64,000 nucleotides of DNA from Rickettsiales bacterium (GTDB lineage: Bacteria > Pseudomonadota > Alphaproteobacteria > Rs-D84). The stretch spans positions 39,900 through 103,899 of the forward strand of contig JAITCH010000003.1 in assembly GCA_031283185.1 (NCBI GenBank). The letters are read 5' to 3'. A program made the translations under genes and the position numbers. This document shows, one piece after another, positions 10,276 through 19,250 of the stretch (its first letter is position 1; each line of letters starts with the position of its first letter). Under the pieces are notes generated by a model. That model did no database searches, was not told the DNA's origin, and saw nothing but the letters and a program-made list of their open reading frames with translations.

Positions 10276-10293
10276 TCCCGGCTTTCGCCGGGA
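10276..10293 (+). terminator. intrinsic terminator after rpoA
   Basis: tcccggc-tttc-gccggga hairpin followed by TTTCT. Confidence 0.6.
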
Positions 10294-10304
10294 TTTCTAT
10301 TGCC

Positions 10305-10328
10305 GGGCGGGGTCTCCGAACCCCGCCC
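10305..10328. repeat. conserved GC hairpin (GGGNGGGGTCTCCGAACCCCNCCC family)
   Basis: gggcggggtctccgaaccccgccc between convergent rpoA and fabZ; same loop as hairpins at 19225 and 27487. Confidence 0.7.
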
Positions 10329-10345
10329 GAAATAGGAATATAAAA

Positions 10346-10789
10346 TTAATTAAATTGCAATATAGCGGACAGGGTTGTGGTGCAGGTCGTTTCGCCGTTC
10401 ACTCTTGCCACACCTTCAAACTTATACATCATCAATCTTTTTTGGATTTGTTTGACTTCCAATTCCAATACATCTCCGGGCTTTACCATTCGCGTAAATT
10501 TGCATTTATCAATGGTCGTAAAATATCCCATACCTTTTTTATTTGGATATTTCTCGCGCACATCGTTCAGCGCGACCAGACACGCTGTCTGCGCCAATGC
10601 CTCAACTTGCAACACTCCGGGCATAACCGGGTTTCCCGGAAAATGTCCCTTGCACCAGAATTCATCGGCGCGCACATTATGAATGGCGACCCCGTGTGTC
10701 TCCGTAATTTCCGTTGCCGCGTCCAGCAACATCATATTATCGCGGTGCGGTATAATTTTTTCAATTTCTTGTTTTGTTAGCGAGCTCAT
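10346..10789 (-). CDS. fabZ: 3-hydroxyacyl-ACP dehydratase FabZ
   Basis: 147 aa; IPHRDNMMLLD, FWCKGHFPGNPVMPGVLQVEALAQ hot-dog motifs. Confidence 0.95.
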   Translation of the reverse strand: MSSLTKQEIEKIIPHRDNMMLLDAATEITETHGVAIHNVRADEFWCKGHFPGNPVMPGVLQVEALAQTACLVALNDVREKYPNKKGMGYFTTIDKCKFTRMVKPGDVLELEVKQIQKRLMMYKFEGVARVNGETTCTTTLSAILQFN

Positions 10790-10896
10790 GTCTTCTTTCC
10801 ATTTTTTCAGACATACATTTTAATATGGCATAAAGGGAATGTCAATAGGGCGGAAAAACCCAAATAATAAATTGATAAGTGGCGGGAAGTCTTTAA

Positions 10897-11892
10897 TTAT
10901 TTCAATTTTTCAGCGATTATATTGACTTCATCGCTGATAGACAGCCGTTCGATCATTCCGGCCTCGTTAGTGAATTCGTAATCCAGCGCGCGGTCTTTCA
11001 ATTCCGGCGCGGTGTTGAATAATTGCATAAACGGAGTGATAAGAGTTCTCAGCCCCGCGCTGGGGGTTCCGCTAAGGCACGATTGCTGCGCGGCGATCAT
11101 TACATTTGCGACAGGGTCGCCGTTTGTCTGCGCGCGAATATCGTCTTCATCCCACAGCAGGCATTTTTCCGTGAAGTGGAAAATGTTGCGATCGTCATCC
11201 GCCCATTGCTGAACGGCCGCATCATCTGCGCCCATCTGTCGCAGGCTGGCCTGCACGGTGTGGAAACAGCAGTTGCGTCCTGTTTCAATCAGTTGGCGGT
11301 GTGCGATGATAAGTGTTTTACCAGATTCGGATTCCACCGGCAGATGCGGATTTTTCCGCAGTTCGTCTATGATACGGCAAAGGCTTTCTTCGGATATGGT
11401 TCTGTCTGGCTCGGTGTGTGTTATTGCGATGTGCGGCTTGGATTTCCAAATGCGGCATTTCTCTGCGGAATCAAAGGGGCATATTACCGAGCGGTGAAGT
11501 CTCGCGCAGTTGATCTTGCCATATTTTTGTTTGTTTGTCGGGCGCGTTTTATCAAAGGGTGCTTTGCTTGGCGCGACCGCGACCGAATCCACATCGCCGA
11601 TTAGTGTTAGATTGTTTTCGAACACATAGTTATTCTGAATATGGGTGAAGGGATTTGGATATGTAGGGGCTGGATGCCCTGCCATCATATCGCGGAGTGC
11701 ATCTTCAAAACTATTTCCCCAGCGAACGACAGGACGAACAGGGTCAAGACATTGTTCGTCCGCCGTTTTCTCGCTATCAATTATTATGTCGATGTTAAGG
11801 TCATTAGGATTTTCATCGGCATCGGACGCACGGGCATTAACGGACAATGCCGCCGTAATGGCAACCGCAAAAATCAGAACCGATTTTTTCAA
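10897..11892 (-). CDS. hypothetical secreted protein occupying the usual lpxD slot
   Basis: 331 aa; TTG start 3 nt after skp stop; signal peptide KKSVLIFAVAITAALSVNARA; several Cys; no hexapeptide repeats. Confidence 0.7.
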   Translation of the reverse strand: MKKSVLIFAVAITAALSVNARASDADENPNDLNIDIIIDSEKTADEQCLDPVRPVVRWGNSFEDALRDMMAGHPAPTYPNPFTHIQNNYVFENNLTLIGDVDSVAVAPSKAPFDKTRPTNKQKYGKINCARLHRSVICPFDSAEKCRIWKSKPHIAITHTEPDRTISEESLCRIIDELRKNPHLPVESESGKTLIIAHRQLIETGRNCCFHTVQASLRQMGADDAAVQQWADDDRNIFHFTEKCLLWDEDDIRAQTNGDPVANVMIAAQQSCLSGTPSAGLRTLITPFMQLFNTAPELKDRALDYEFTNEAGMIERLSISDEVNIIAEKLK

Positions 11893-11895
11893 TGC

Positions 11896-12534
11896 TTATT
11901 TTACCTTCAATTCGTATTTGGATGCTTTTTTATCCAGTGCCGAGATAATTTCATCCGTTATGTCCAAGCCTTTAACTTTGCTGGTCAGGCGAGTAAAGCG
12001 CGCATCCAATATCAAGTCCAAAGACTTTTTTGCGGCGAGCGCGTCAATAACCGGGTCAAGATGTTTCTGTTGAATATCGTTAAGGGCGGCTTGGAACGCG
12101 GCGTCAATGGCCTGGGCGCGTTCTGCGATTTCGCGTTGGAATTCGGCGACTTGCTTTTGGTAGTCCACAACTTTGCCCTGTAATGCTTCACGCGACAGGA
12201 TTCCTTGTTGGGATTCTATTTCTTTTTTATCGCCTTCTAATTTTTTCTGTTTCTTTTCCAAGTCGGATTTAAGGTTTGCTTCCAGTCTTTCGCGTTGAGT
12301 GCGAAGGTCGGAAAGAATCTTCGCGCTTTTTTGGATTTCATCCATTTTTACGACTGCAAAGCGAAGTTCCGATGCGGCGACTGAATCCGTTGATGCGCCT
12401 GCGACTGCGAGTTCTGCGGAAACGCTGCGTCCTTTGGACAAGACGAATACTCCGGCTGCGGCGGCGACAAGTGCGATACCGACTGCGCTTGCGATTATTA
12501 ACTTTTTCTTAGATGGTTTGATTTGGTTTGCCAT
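11896..12534 (-). CDS. skp: OmpH/Skp-like periplasmic chaperone
   Basis: 212 aa; N-terminal TM/signal, long coiled-coil, position upstream of fabZ as in alphaproteobacterial bamA-skp-lpxD-fabZ clusters. Confidence 0.65.
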   Translation of the reverse strand: MANQIKPSKKKLIIASAVGIALVAAAAGVFVLSKGRSVSAELAVAGASTDSVAASELRFAVVKMDEIQKSAKILSDLRTQRERLEANLKSDLEKKQKKLEGDKKEIESQQGILSREALQGKVVDYQKQVAEFQREIAERAQAIDAAFQAALNDIQQKHLDPVIDALAAKKSLDLILDARFTRLTSKVKGLDITDEIISALDKKASKYELKVK

Positions 12535-12636
12535 TATATTGCTCCTTTGATTTTTTGTTCTTCTATTTTATCAGAAAAACTGCGCGGACACAATTAAAAA
12601 CTAGATATTTGGGTGGTTGCGGAGTATAATCCGAAT

Positions 12637-13326
12637 ATGGGCATAAGGATTGCGAAATTTATAGCGGATTCGGGCGCGGCGTCTCGCCGGGCGGCCGAAA
12701 AATTCATTATAGACGGAAGGGTCAAGTGTAATGGTCAGGTTGTTGCCCGCGCCGCATTTGATGTAGAGCCGGATGACAAGGTGGAATTGGACGGCAAAGA
12801 GGTAAAATCGGCGGGAAAGGTGCGGGTTTTTGCGTTTTTCAAGCCGCTGAATACGATTGTAAGCGTTTCCGACCCGCAGGGTCGGCGGACGATTTATGAT
12901 ATTTTGCCCAAACAATTCCAAGGGTTGAAATATGTCGGGCGGTTGGATTTCAAGACGGACGGATTGTTGCTGATGACGACTAGCGGCAACCTGGCAAGGC
13001 AGTTAACCCTGCCGGATTCAGAGGTTTCGCGGGTTTATATGGTAAAGGTTTCGGGTTGGAAGGGCGAGGCGCAACTTGCCCCGGCTCGCGGCGGTATGAC
13101 CATAGATAAAATCAAATATAGACCGATGAAAATAGATGTGGTTCGCAAGGAAAAAGACCGGGCGGAGTTAAAGGTAGAGATTACCGAGGGTAAAAACCGG
13201 GAAATCCGCAATATAATGTTTGCATTGGGACTAAGCGTTTCCGCGCTTCGGCGGGTGAAATACGGCGATATAAAGTTGGGGGATATGAAACCGGGCGAAA
13301 TCCGCGAGGTAGATTTCCCATTATAA
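12637..13326 (+). CDS. pseudouridine synthase, RsuA/RluB family
   Basis: S4 domain (RIAKFIADSGAASRRAAEKFI) plus catalytic GRLDFKTDGLLLMT motif; ATG 12637 preferred over GTG 12613. Confidence 0.9.
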   Translation: MGIRIAKFIADSGAASRRAAEKFIIDGRVKCNGQVVARAAFDVEPDDKVELDGKEVKSAGKVRVFAFFKPLNTIVSVSDPQGRRTIYDILPKQFQGLKYVGRLDFKTDGLLLMTTSGNLARQLTLPDSEVSRVYMVKVSGWKGEAQLAPARGGMTIDKIKYRPMKIDVVRKEKDRAELKVEITEGKNREIRNIMFALGLSVSALRRVKYGDIKLGDMKPGEIREVDFPL

Positions 13327-13334
13327 TATTTTGC

Positions 13335-13362
13335 TTGACAAAAAATAAATTCGTTATATAAT
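13335..13362 (+). promoter_or_regulatory. strong sigma70-type promoter
   Basis: TTGACA (13335-13340), 16-nt spacer, TATAAT (13357-13362). Confidence 0.6.
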
Positions 13363-13392
13363 GCCCCTTGTGAAATACAAAAAGGGGCTAAA

Positions 13393-14115
13393 ATGCCAAT
13401 AAATTTGAAATTGAATCTAAACTTTGAGCAGATCATAGACAATATGAGCACGCGCGAACAGGTAAAAATATACCAATACCTGCGGCGCACATTAGAAGGC
13501 GATACGCACGACGGCACGAAATCACAGATAAAGCAAGTTGTTGCCAAAACCATTCGCGGATTTCCTTTGACGATTGGCGAACGGGAAATGCCGTATGGCA
13601 ATGGTTTTGTTATTCAAGATTCCAATGACACGGATATAATCTGCGTTAATGAAAAATTTCACGATGCGGGCAAGAATTCGATACAGACGGACATCGGGAC
13701 AAATAAGATAAAGGTTGATACCGGCGAAAGGAATTATTTTATGAACGGCCTTCCGCGCGTTTGGGAACTTTTTGGTAAAAAATACGGATGCCATATTAAC
13801 TTGGCTGGATATATGGTAGTGGCCAGCGATGACGAATCGAGTTATTATACGGTAATGTCTGACGAACCAAAGTTCAACAATGCCGGACTCAGTGTTGTCT
13901 ATAAAGTGCGCGTGACCATAGATGGCGGCGCAAGATGCTGTGATTCATTGTTTATATTTTATGAAAAGTTTAAATCGGTGGAGGAACGCGCGGCCAAGGG
14001 TGCGAACTTTGTTGTCGACAGCATTAATAGGCACGAAGACGAGCGCAAAACACTTTTATCTTCGCTCCACGATTCCATATATGTAATCCGCAATGGATCG
14101 CGTGGCAATATATAA
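13393..14115 (+). CDS. hypothetical protein, modular family member (N-module + GNGFVI core)
   Basis: 240 aa; paralog of 14344-15102 (EMPYGNGFVIQD...DIICVNEKFHDA vs EMNYGNGFVIKG...DIICVNDKFHNA). Confidence 0.8.
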   Translation: MPINLKLNLNFEQIIDNMSTREQVKIYQYLRRTLEGDTHDGTKSQIKQVVAKTIRGFPLTIGEREMPYGNGFVIQDSNDTDIICVNEKFHDAGKNSIQTDIGTNKIKVDTGERNYFMNGLPRVWELFGKKYGCHINLAGYMVVASDDESSYYTVMSDEPKFNNAGLSVVYKVRVTIDGGARCCDSLFIFYEKFKSVEERAAKGANFVVDSINRHEDERKTLLSSLHDSIYVIRNGSRGNI

Positions 14116-14129
14116 AGAAGAGAATAAAG

Positions 14130-14312
14130 ATGGTTGATCTTACTATAAAATTGAATATAGATATGAAGACCGAGATAGATAAACTTTCTGTCCGGGATCG
14201 AATTTCTATTTGGCAGTATCTCAACGAAATGCTTGCTAATGATTTCAAGAGCGTTGGAATCCAAGTAGAAATTAAGAAACTAGAAAATATAAATCAAAAT
14301 CCCGGACGATAA
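14130..14312 (+). CDS. hypothetical protein, N-module only
   Basis: 60 aa; KLSVRDRISIWQYLNEML matches N-termini of 13393, 14344, 53143, 56935 proteins. Confidence 0.55.
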   Translation: MVDLTIKLNIDMKTEIDKLSVRDRISIWQYLNEMLANDFKSVGIQVEIKKLENINQNPGR

Positions 14313-14343
14313 GTCTGGATAACAAAAAACAAGGAAAGAAAAA

Positions 14344-15102
14344 ATGAACACGAAAGTTAACTATGATTATCAATCAGAATTGTCCAAACTGCCGATTGCT
14401 CAGCAAAAGGTAATTTGGGAATGGCTGGGCAACCTGATAAATTCCGAGATCAGGGTGCACAAGGTTGCGGCCTTTACCGCCAGCGGCTTTCCGATTTCAA
14501 CGGAAGAATATGAAATGAATTATGGCAATGGATTCGTTATCAAAGGTTTAGACGGCGTTACCAAAGATTCAGCCGCCGTAGACATCATATGCGTCAATGA
14601 TAAGTTCCATAACGCGCATGTAGGTTCCATTAAAACGGAAATCGGCGTGGGTTCAATGGCCAAGGTTCAAATGGGAATTGAACCAATGCTCAAACAATGC
14701 GCAACGCTTATTGAACCACAATTCCAGCAGCAATACAAATATTCAATAAAATTTGCGGGCATAATGGTCGCGGGTTCAAATGACGAAATGGCATTTAATA
14801 AAATACATGATGCCGCTCCGAAGTTCGGCAAGGAAGGCCGCAGTGCGGTTTATAAAGGACGCATTTTTATTCCAGGCGGAGAAGATGGTAAAGACGCGCA
14901 AATAATTGATTCCAATTGGTTGTTCTCGCGCAGATATATATCCGCCAAACAACGGGCGGAAGAGGGCGCGTTGAATATATTGCGTAATGCAAGCCGTATG
15001 GATGACGGATTAAAAGCGTTGGTCAATGCGTTTAATTCCTGCCAATCGGCAATCGCCAGTGTTGTTGCCAGTAGAATGCAGAAAGAAAAGGAAGCGGAAT
15101 AA
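14344..15102 (+). CDS. hypothetical protein, modular family member (N-module + GNGFVI core)
   Basis: 252 aa; paralog of 13393-14115. Confidence 0.8.
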   Translation: MNTKVNYDYQSELSKLPIAQQKVIWEWLGNLINSEIRVHKVAAFTASGFPISTEEYEMNYGNGFVIKGLDGVTKDSAAVDIICVNDKFHNAHVGSIKTEIGVGSMAKVQMGIEPMLKQCATLIEPQFQQQYKYSIKFAGIMVAGSNDEMAFNKIHDAAPKFGKEGRSAVYKGRIFIPGGEDGKDAQIIDSNWLFSRRYISAKQRAEEGALNILRNASRMDDGLKALVNAFNSCQSAIASVVASRMQKEKEAE

Positions 15103-15103
15103 A

Positions 15104-15301
15104 ATGCCAAACACAATCAGAATTGACGGCGATTTCAAGTTTATTTCGAAGAAATTTGATTTGAACTTGGGTAGCGATGAAGGTTATTGCTTATTGGAAT
15201 TGACCGAGGATCAGCTGCGCCAGATTCGGTTTCAGATGGGCGGCGTGGATAATTTCCGCGGCGCGGTTCGCGCAGCCTTATCACAATCAAAAAGCAGATA
15301 A
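15104..15301 (+). CDS. hypothetical protein, C-module only
   Basis: 65 aa from ATG 15104; GGVDNFRGAVRAALSQSKSR matches the C-termini of the 53143 and 63595 proteins. Confidence 0.55.
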   Translation: MPNTIRIDGDFKFISKKFDLNLGSDEGYCLLELTEDQLRQIRFQMGGVDNFRGAVRAALSQSKSR

Positions 15302-15333
15302 CGGAAAACTTTCCTGTTGTATGGGAATTGTTC

Positions 15334-15365
15334 GGGCGGGTGTCTTATGACCTCCGCCCGTTTTA
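15334..15365 (+). terminator. intrinsic terminator of the 13393-15301 operon
   Basis: gggcgg...ccgccc hairpin followed by GTTTTAATTTT. Confidence 0.6.
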
Positions 15366-15379
15366 ATTTTCTTTTTCAT

Positions 15380-15408
15380 TTGACATCAAAAACCAAAATG
15401 TCCATAAT
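15380..15408 (+). promoter_or_regulatory. candidate sigma70 promoter
   Basis: TTGACA, 17-nt spacer, CATAAT. Confidence 0.5.
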
Positions 15409-15443
15409 CGCACGCAGAGGGGTCATTGGAGAGAGGAAAAATT

Positions 15444-16604
15444 ATGGCAAAAAAATCCAAAACTATAAAAACAATCAATGTGAAATCCGCTGAAAAGATG
15501 GACGAAGCACAGACGCAGACAATCAATGCTGCTGTTGCAACGCCATCAGCCGCGCCAAAAGTATCGCGGTTTGCGCGGTTGAAATCCGGCTCGGTCGCAA
15601 TCATATTTTGGTTGCTGATGGCTGCGTTCATCGCCGCTATATGCTGGACGATTATTAATTTCGAGCGGGGCTTGAATCCGAAACAGGCGGCGCAGCAGAT
15701 TGCAAATGTTGCAAAGACTAAATCCGCGCCTGTCGTTGCGGAACCTGTTGTCCAGGCGGAACCTGTGGTGGTTGTGCCGGAAATTGACACTCGCGTTGCG
15801 GTTGTTGCCAATGCTGTTGTTCTGACGGACGAACAAAAGGAACAAAAGGCGCAGGAATATATTCTATCCGGCGTTGATATGTTGAATGCGGGCAAGGCGG
15901 ATTTGGCTTTGTCTGAATTTAATTCGGCGATTGCATTGTTTCCGAACTTTGCGCCTTCGTATGTATATAGGGGCGAGGCGTTATTCCAAAAGACAGATTT
16001 TGCTGGCGCGATGGAAAGTTTCGAGACTGCGATTGCGATGGAGCCGAACTTGACTACTGCTTGGTTTGATAAATCGACATTGCAGGTGAAGTTGGGCGAT
16101 GCGGATGGTGCGCTGGCCAGTATTAATTCTGCGATTGATGCGTATAATAACGCGCCGGAAATCAACAAGGATGTCCAGGTGGACGAATTGTATCGGAAAC
16201 GCGCGCAACTTTATTTATGGGCGTCTAAATGGTTAGAGGCTGTGCATGATTATACAATGGCTGCCAGTTTTGCAAAAAGCCTTGGGAAATATGATTTTAT
16301 GGATGTGCAGGGCAGGGCGGATGCCAAGGCTGGACTTGGGGATTTCGCGGGCGCATTGAAAGATTATGATGAAGTAATTCGTTCTATTGCGACATTGATT
16401 GGCGAAATGAAGTCGGACGAAGACAAGGCTGATAGTGCGACTACGGCGATGGATGCGTTCGAGAAACGCGCTGCGATTAAATTGAGATTGGTGGATATTG
16501 ATGGTGCCAAGGAAGACATCCAGGGCGCGATAGTGCTTGCGGATGCGATCGGCGATACCGAGCGGAAAGAAAGCTTGGAATCCTCTCTCGCCCAGTTGCC
16601 ATAA
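15444..16604 (+). CDS. membrane-anchored TPR-repeat protein
   Basis: 386 aa; one TM (VAIIFWLLMAAFIAAICWTII) then TPR-like repeats (ALFPNFAPSYVYRGEALF, AMEPNLTTAWFDKS). Confidence 0.8.
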   Translation: MAKKSKTIKTINVKSAEKMDEAQTQTINAAVATPSAAPKVSRFARLKSGSVAIIFWLLMAAFIAAICWTIINFERGLNPKQAAQQIANVAKTKSAPVVAEPVVQAEPVVVVPEIDTRVAVVANAVVLTDEQKEQKAQEYILSGVDMLNAGKADLALSEFNSAIALFPNFAPSYVYRGEALFQKTDFAGAMESFETAIAMEPNLTTAWFDKSTLQVKLGDADGALASINSAIDAYNNAPEINKDVQVDELYRKRAQLYLWASKWLEAVHDYTMAASFAKSLGKYDFMDVQGRADAKAGLGDFAGALKDYDEVIRSIATLIGEMKSDEDKADSATTAMDAFEKRAAIKLRLVDIDGAKEDIQGAIVLADAIGDTERKESLESSLAQLP

Positions 16605-16612
16605 TCATTTAA

Positions 16613-16655
16613 TTCCTCTCCAACTTGGAGGGGTGCCCGAAGGGCGGGGTGGTTG
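16613..16655. repeat. short palindromic element, family B
   Basis: ttcctctccaacttggaggggtgcccgaagggcggggtggttg; double hairpin ending GGGGTGGTT. Confidence 0.75.
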
Positions 16656-16687
16656 AGTTTTCTAAACTCGCCACCCTTTTCTTTTTT

Positions 16688-16726
16688 GTCATCCCCGCGA
16701 AGGCGGGGATCTCAAATTGTAAAATG
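16688..16726. repeat. short palindromic element, family D
   Basis: gtcatccccgcgaaggcggggatctcaaattgtaaaatg, identical to 59374-59412. Confidence 0.85.
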
Positions 16727-16770
16727 AATATCCTCTTGCCCATATCCCCCCGATTCATTAACATTCATTT

Positions 16771-18801
16771 ATGAAAAAATTCCTGGAATCATTGCTGCCT
16801 AATATGGCGGTTATTGCGCCGTTTATGCTTGCATTCGGAATATCAGTTTATTTCGCATTGCCATCAGAGCCATTCATTGCATATCCATTTATAATCTCCG
16901 TGCTTATTGCGGGCATCATAATCAGAATTTTTTTAATGCGCGAAAAATTAAAGCCATATAACTATATCGCGGCGATGTTTGCATTATTTATTTTGCTGGG
17001 ATTTTTTTATTCGGCGGCGTGGACGCATGCGGTCGGAACAGAGATGATTTCGCGTCCGTGGCGGGATGCGGTTGTCCAGGGCGATGTCTCAAAGATTGAT
17101 TATTCTTCCGGCCGGGCGAAAGTCTGGATGAAAAATGCGACTACGAATAAAGATACGCCGCCGATGACTATGCGTATAACATTGCCATTGGACGCCGCGC
17201 TGCCGGATATAGGCGATACGATTTCGGTCAAGGCGGCATTGTGGAAGCCTGAACCTCCGGACGCGCCGGGCGCGTTTGATTTCGCCAAATGGTCTTACTT
17301 TAATGGCATTGGCGCGAACGGATATGCAACAGAAGAGCATCAATTAATCGCTCGCGGCGGCACGACCGGGGCGCGGGAATTTTTTTCGCGCCTTCGGAAT
17401 AAAATTCATACGAATATAGCGGCGAATGCGTCAGCAACGGCGACAATGCTTGCGGATTCGCTTGTGCTTGGGCATTCAAGAGCGATGAGCAGGGCAGAGG
17501 CGGATAACATTCGCGCATCGGGCTTGGCTCATGTGTTCACAATATCCGGGCTGCATATGACATTGATTGGCGGATGGTTTTTCATAATTTGGAATTTTCT
17601 TTTTCGGTTGTTTCCGCGAACGAACGATTGGATTTCTTCGGCGCGTCTGGCGGTGCTTCCGACTTGGATGTGTCTAGCGATGTATCTTGCGATTTCCGGC
17701 GCGGGCGTAGCGACCATAAGGGCGTTTATTATGGCCAGCATTGGGTTTCTGGCATTGGTGGCGCAGCGTCAGGTTGTGTCGCTTAGGATACTTGGGCTGT
17801 GTGCGTTTGCATTGTTGATTCTGCGTCCGCATTATGCATTGGAAGCGGGCTTTCAGATGTCGTTTGCCGCGGTGTTCGGTCTGATATATTTTTTGGGCGG
17901 CACGCACGAATATGTCAAGCGCACCAAGCGGCAGCGCATTGCCCGCGCGATGTGGTTTATAATTTTGACTTCCATCATATCAACGATTTTCACGATGCCG
18001 TTTTTGGCGCATCATTTTCATGCGATTGCAATATATGGCGAATTGGGGAATTTGTTTTGCCTTACGATATTTTCTGTGGCGATATTGCCGCTTGTTCTGT
18101 TCGGAACGATTGCTGCTGCTGCGGGATATTTTGGGATTTTGGAATTGGCGGCACAGGTTTTTCAATTTACTTATGGGATAATTGAATATATAGCGGCGAT
18201 GCCGCATTCATTGGTTTATGTTCCAAGCATTCCGGGCTTTGCATTGGGCGCGATAGTGTTCGGCGGAATGTTTATTTTGTTGGCACAGGGCAGGGCGCGA
18301 TATTTGGGTTGGATTCCGATTGCGCTGTCGGTTATATATGTGTTTGCCAAGCCCGCGCCGGTTATGTATGTCAGTAGAGATCGGGAAGTGATTGCTCTTA
18401 TGACGGACGATGGGCATTTGCGGTTTAATATGCCGCGGTCCAAGGATAATCCGTTTGTGTTTGAGTCTTGGGCGGGTTTGAATGCAGAGCCGTTTCCAGA
18501 GAGGCAAATGCGCCGCGCCTTTGGCAAAGGTTTTGTGGGCAAGAAGTTTTCGTTGGAATGTTCAGATGGGGTTTGTATTTATAAGACGAAGAATTGGAAT
18601 GCTGGGATTGCGTTGCGATTTGTGGGCTTGGTGAAGAATTTAGATTATCTTTGCGAGAATGCGGATTTTATAATTGCGGCGGATAGGGTGGATTATGAGA
18701 AGTGTTCTGCACGGATTATAAATGAATATAGATCATTTGTTGTATATCCCGATGGCGAGATAAAGTTTGTAGATGCTGATCGCCTTTGGCATAGAAAATA
18801 A
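16771..18801 (+). CDS. comEC: ComEC/Rec2 family competence channel protein
   Basis: 676 aa polytopic; SGLAHVFTISGLHMTLIGG motif. Confidence 0.85.
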   Translation: MKKFLESLLPNMAVIAPFMLAFGISVYFALPSEPFIAYPFIISVLIAGIIIRIFLMREKLKPYNYIAAMFALFILLGFFYSAAWTHAVGTEMISRPWRDAVVQGDVSKIDYSSGRAKVWMKNATTNKDTPPMTMRITLPLDAALPDIGDTISVKAALWKPEPPDAPGAFDFAKWSYFNGIGANGYATEEHQLIARGGTTGAREFFSRLRNKIHTNIAANASATATMLADSLVLGHSRAMSRAEADNIRASGLAHVFTISGLHMTLIGGWFFIIWNFLFRLFPRTNDWISSARLAVLPTWMCLAMYLAISGAGVATIRAFIMASIGFLALVAQRQVVSLRILGLCAFALLILRPHYALEAGFQMSFAAVFGLIYFLGGTHEYVKRTKRQRIARAMWFIILTSIISTIFTMPFLAHHFHAIAIYGELGNLFCLTIFSVAILPLVLFGTIAAAAGYFGILELAAQVFQFTYGIIEYIAAMPHSLVYVPSIPGFALGAIVFGGMFILLAQGRARYLGWIPIALSVIYVFAKPAPVMYVSRDREVIALMTDDGHLRFNMPRSKDNPFVFESWAGLNAEPFPERQMRRAFGKGFVGKKFSLECSDGVCIYKTKNWNAGIALRFVGLVKNLDYLCENADFIIAADRVDYEKCSARIINEYRSFVVYPDGEIKFVDADRLWHRK

Positions 18802-18825
18802 AAATTTCATTATAATTTCCACGAT

Positions 18826-18854
18826 TTGCACATCGGGATAAAATCTGATATAAT
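18826..18854 (+). promoter_or_regulatory. sigma70 promoter, short version of the repeated promoter cassette
   Basis: TTGCAC, 17-nt spacer, TGATATAAT; shares ...aaaatctgatataataaatccaa.caaagg with 42056 and 26691 cassettes. Confidence 0.6.
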
Positions 18855-18877
18855 AAATCCAAACAAAGGAAGCAAAA

Positions 18878-19195
18878 ATGAAAACAAAACTTTTAATTAT
18901 GCCAATAGTGGCAATGATGGCGGTTGGCGCGATAAATGCGGTGAGTGCATTCGCCCCGGATGTTGAATCAAAATTTGCCGAAATATGCCAAGGTTTTGAT
19001 GGCAATGTCCAAGCAAGTGAGGTTAATGGTAGAAATATGTTGAGTTGCAAAGTTCCCGTCACTGATGTAAAGGCCGCTTGGGATATAAATGGAAGTATTA
19101 TTCGTATTGTCCAAAGCGAAGGACTTGAAGTAGGAATGTCGGCTAGTTTTAGGCCAGAAGAGGGCGATATGGCCGTAGTATCCATAAGTGAATAG
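18878..19195 (+). CDS. small secreted hypothetical protein
   Basis: 105 aa; signal peptide MKTKLLIMPIVAMMAVGAINAVSA similar to that of 42242 gene. Confidence 0.7.
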   Translation: MKTKLLIMPIVAMMAVGAINAVSAFAPDVESKFAEICQGFDGNVQASEVNGRNMLSCKVPVTDVKAAWDINGSIIRIVQSEGLEVGMSASFRPEEGDMAVVSISE

Positions 19196-19224
19196 TTTTT
19201 TTTGGAATGGATATTTTTCTTAGC

Positions 19225-19250
19225 GGGAAGGGGTCTCCGAACCCCTTCCC
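19225..19250 (+). terminator. conserved hairpin terminator module
   Basis: gggaaggggtctccgaaccccttccc followed by GAACATTTT; 40-nt block identical at 27481-27521. Confidence 0.65.

Noticed and set aside
15386-16168. 260-aa minus-strand ORF opposite the TPR protein
   Set aside because: It overlaps the TPR gene, which has a good promoter, a start context and recognisable TPR repeats. The antisense product is Ala/Ser low complexity.
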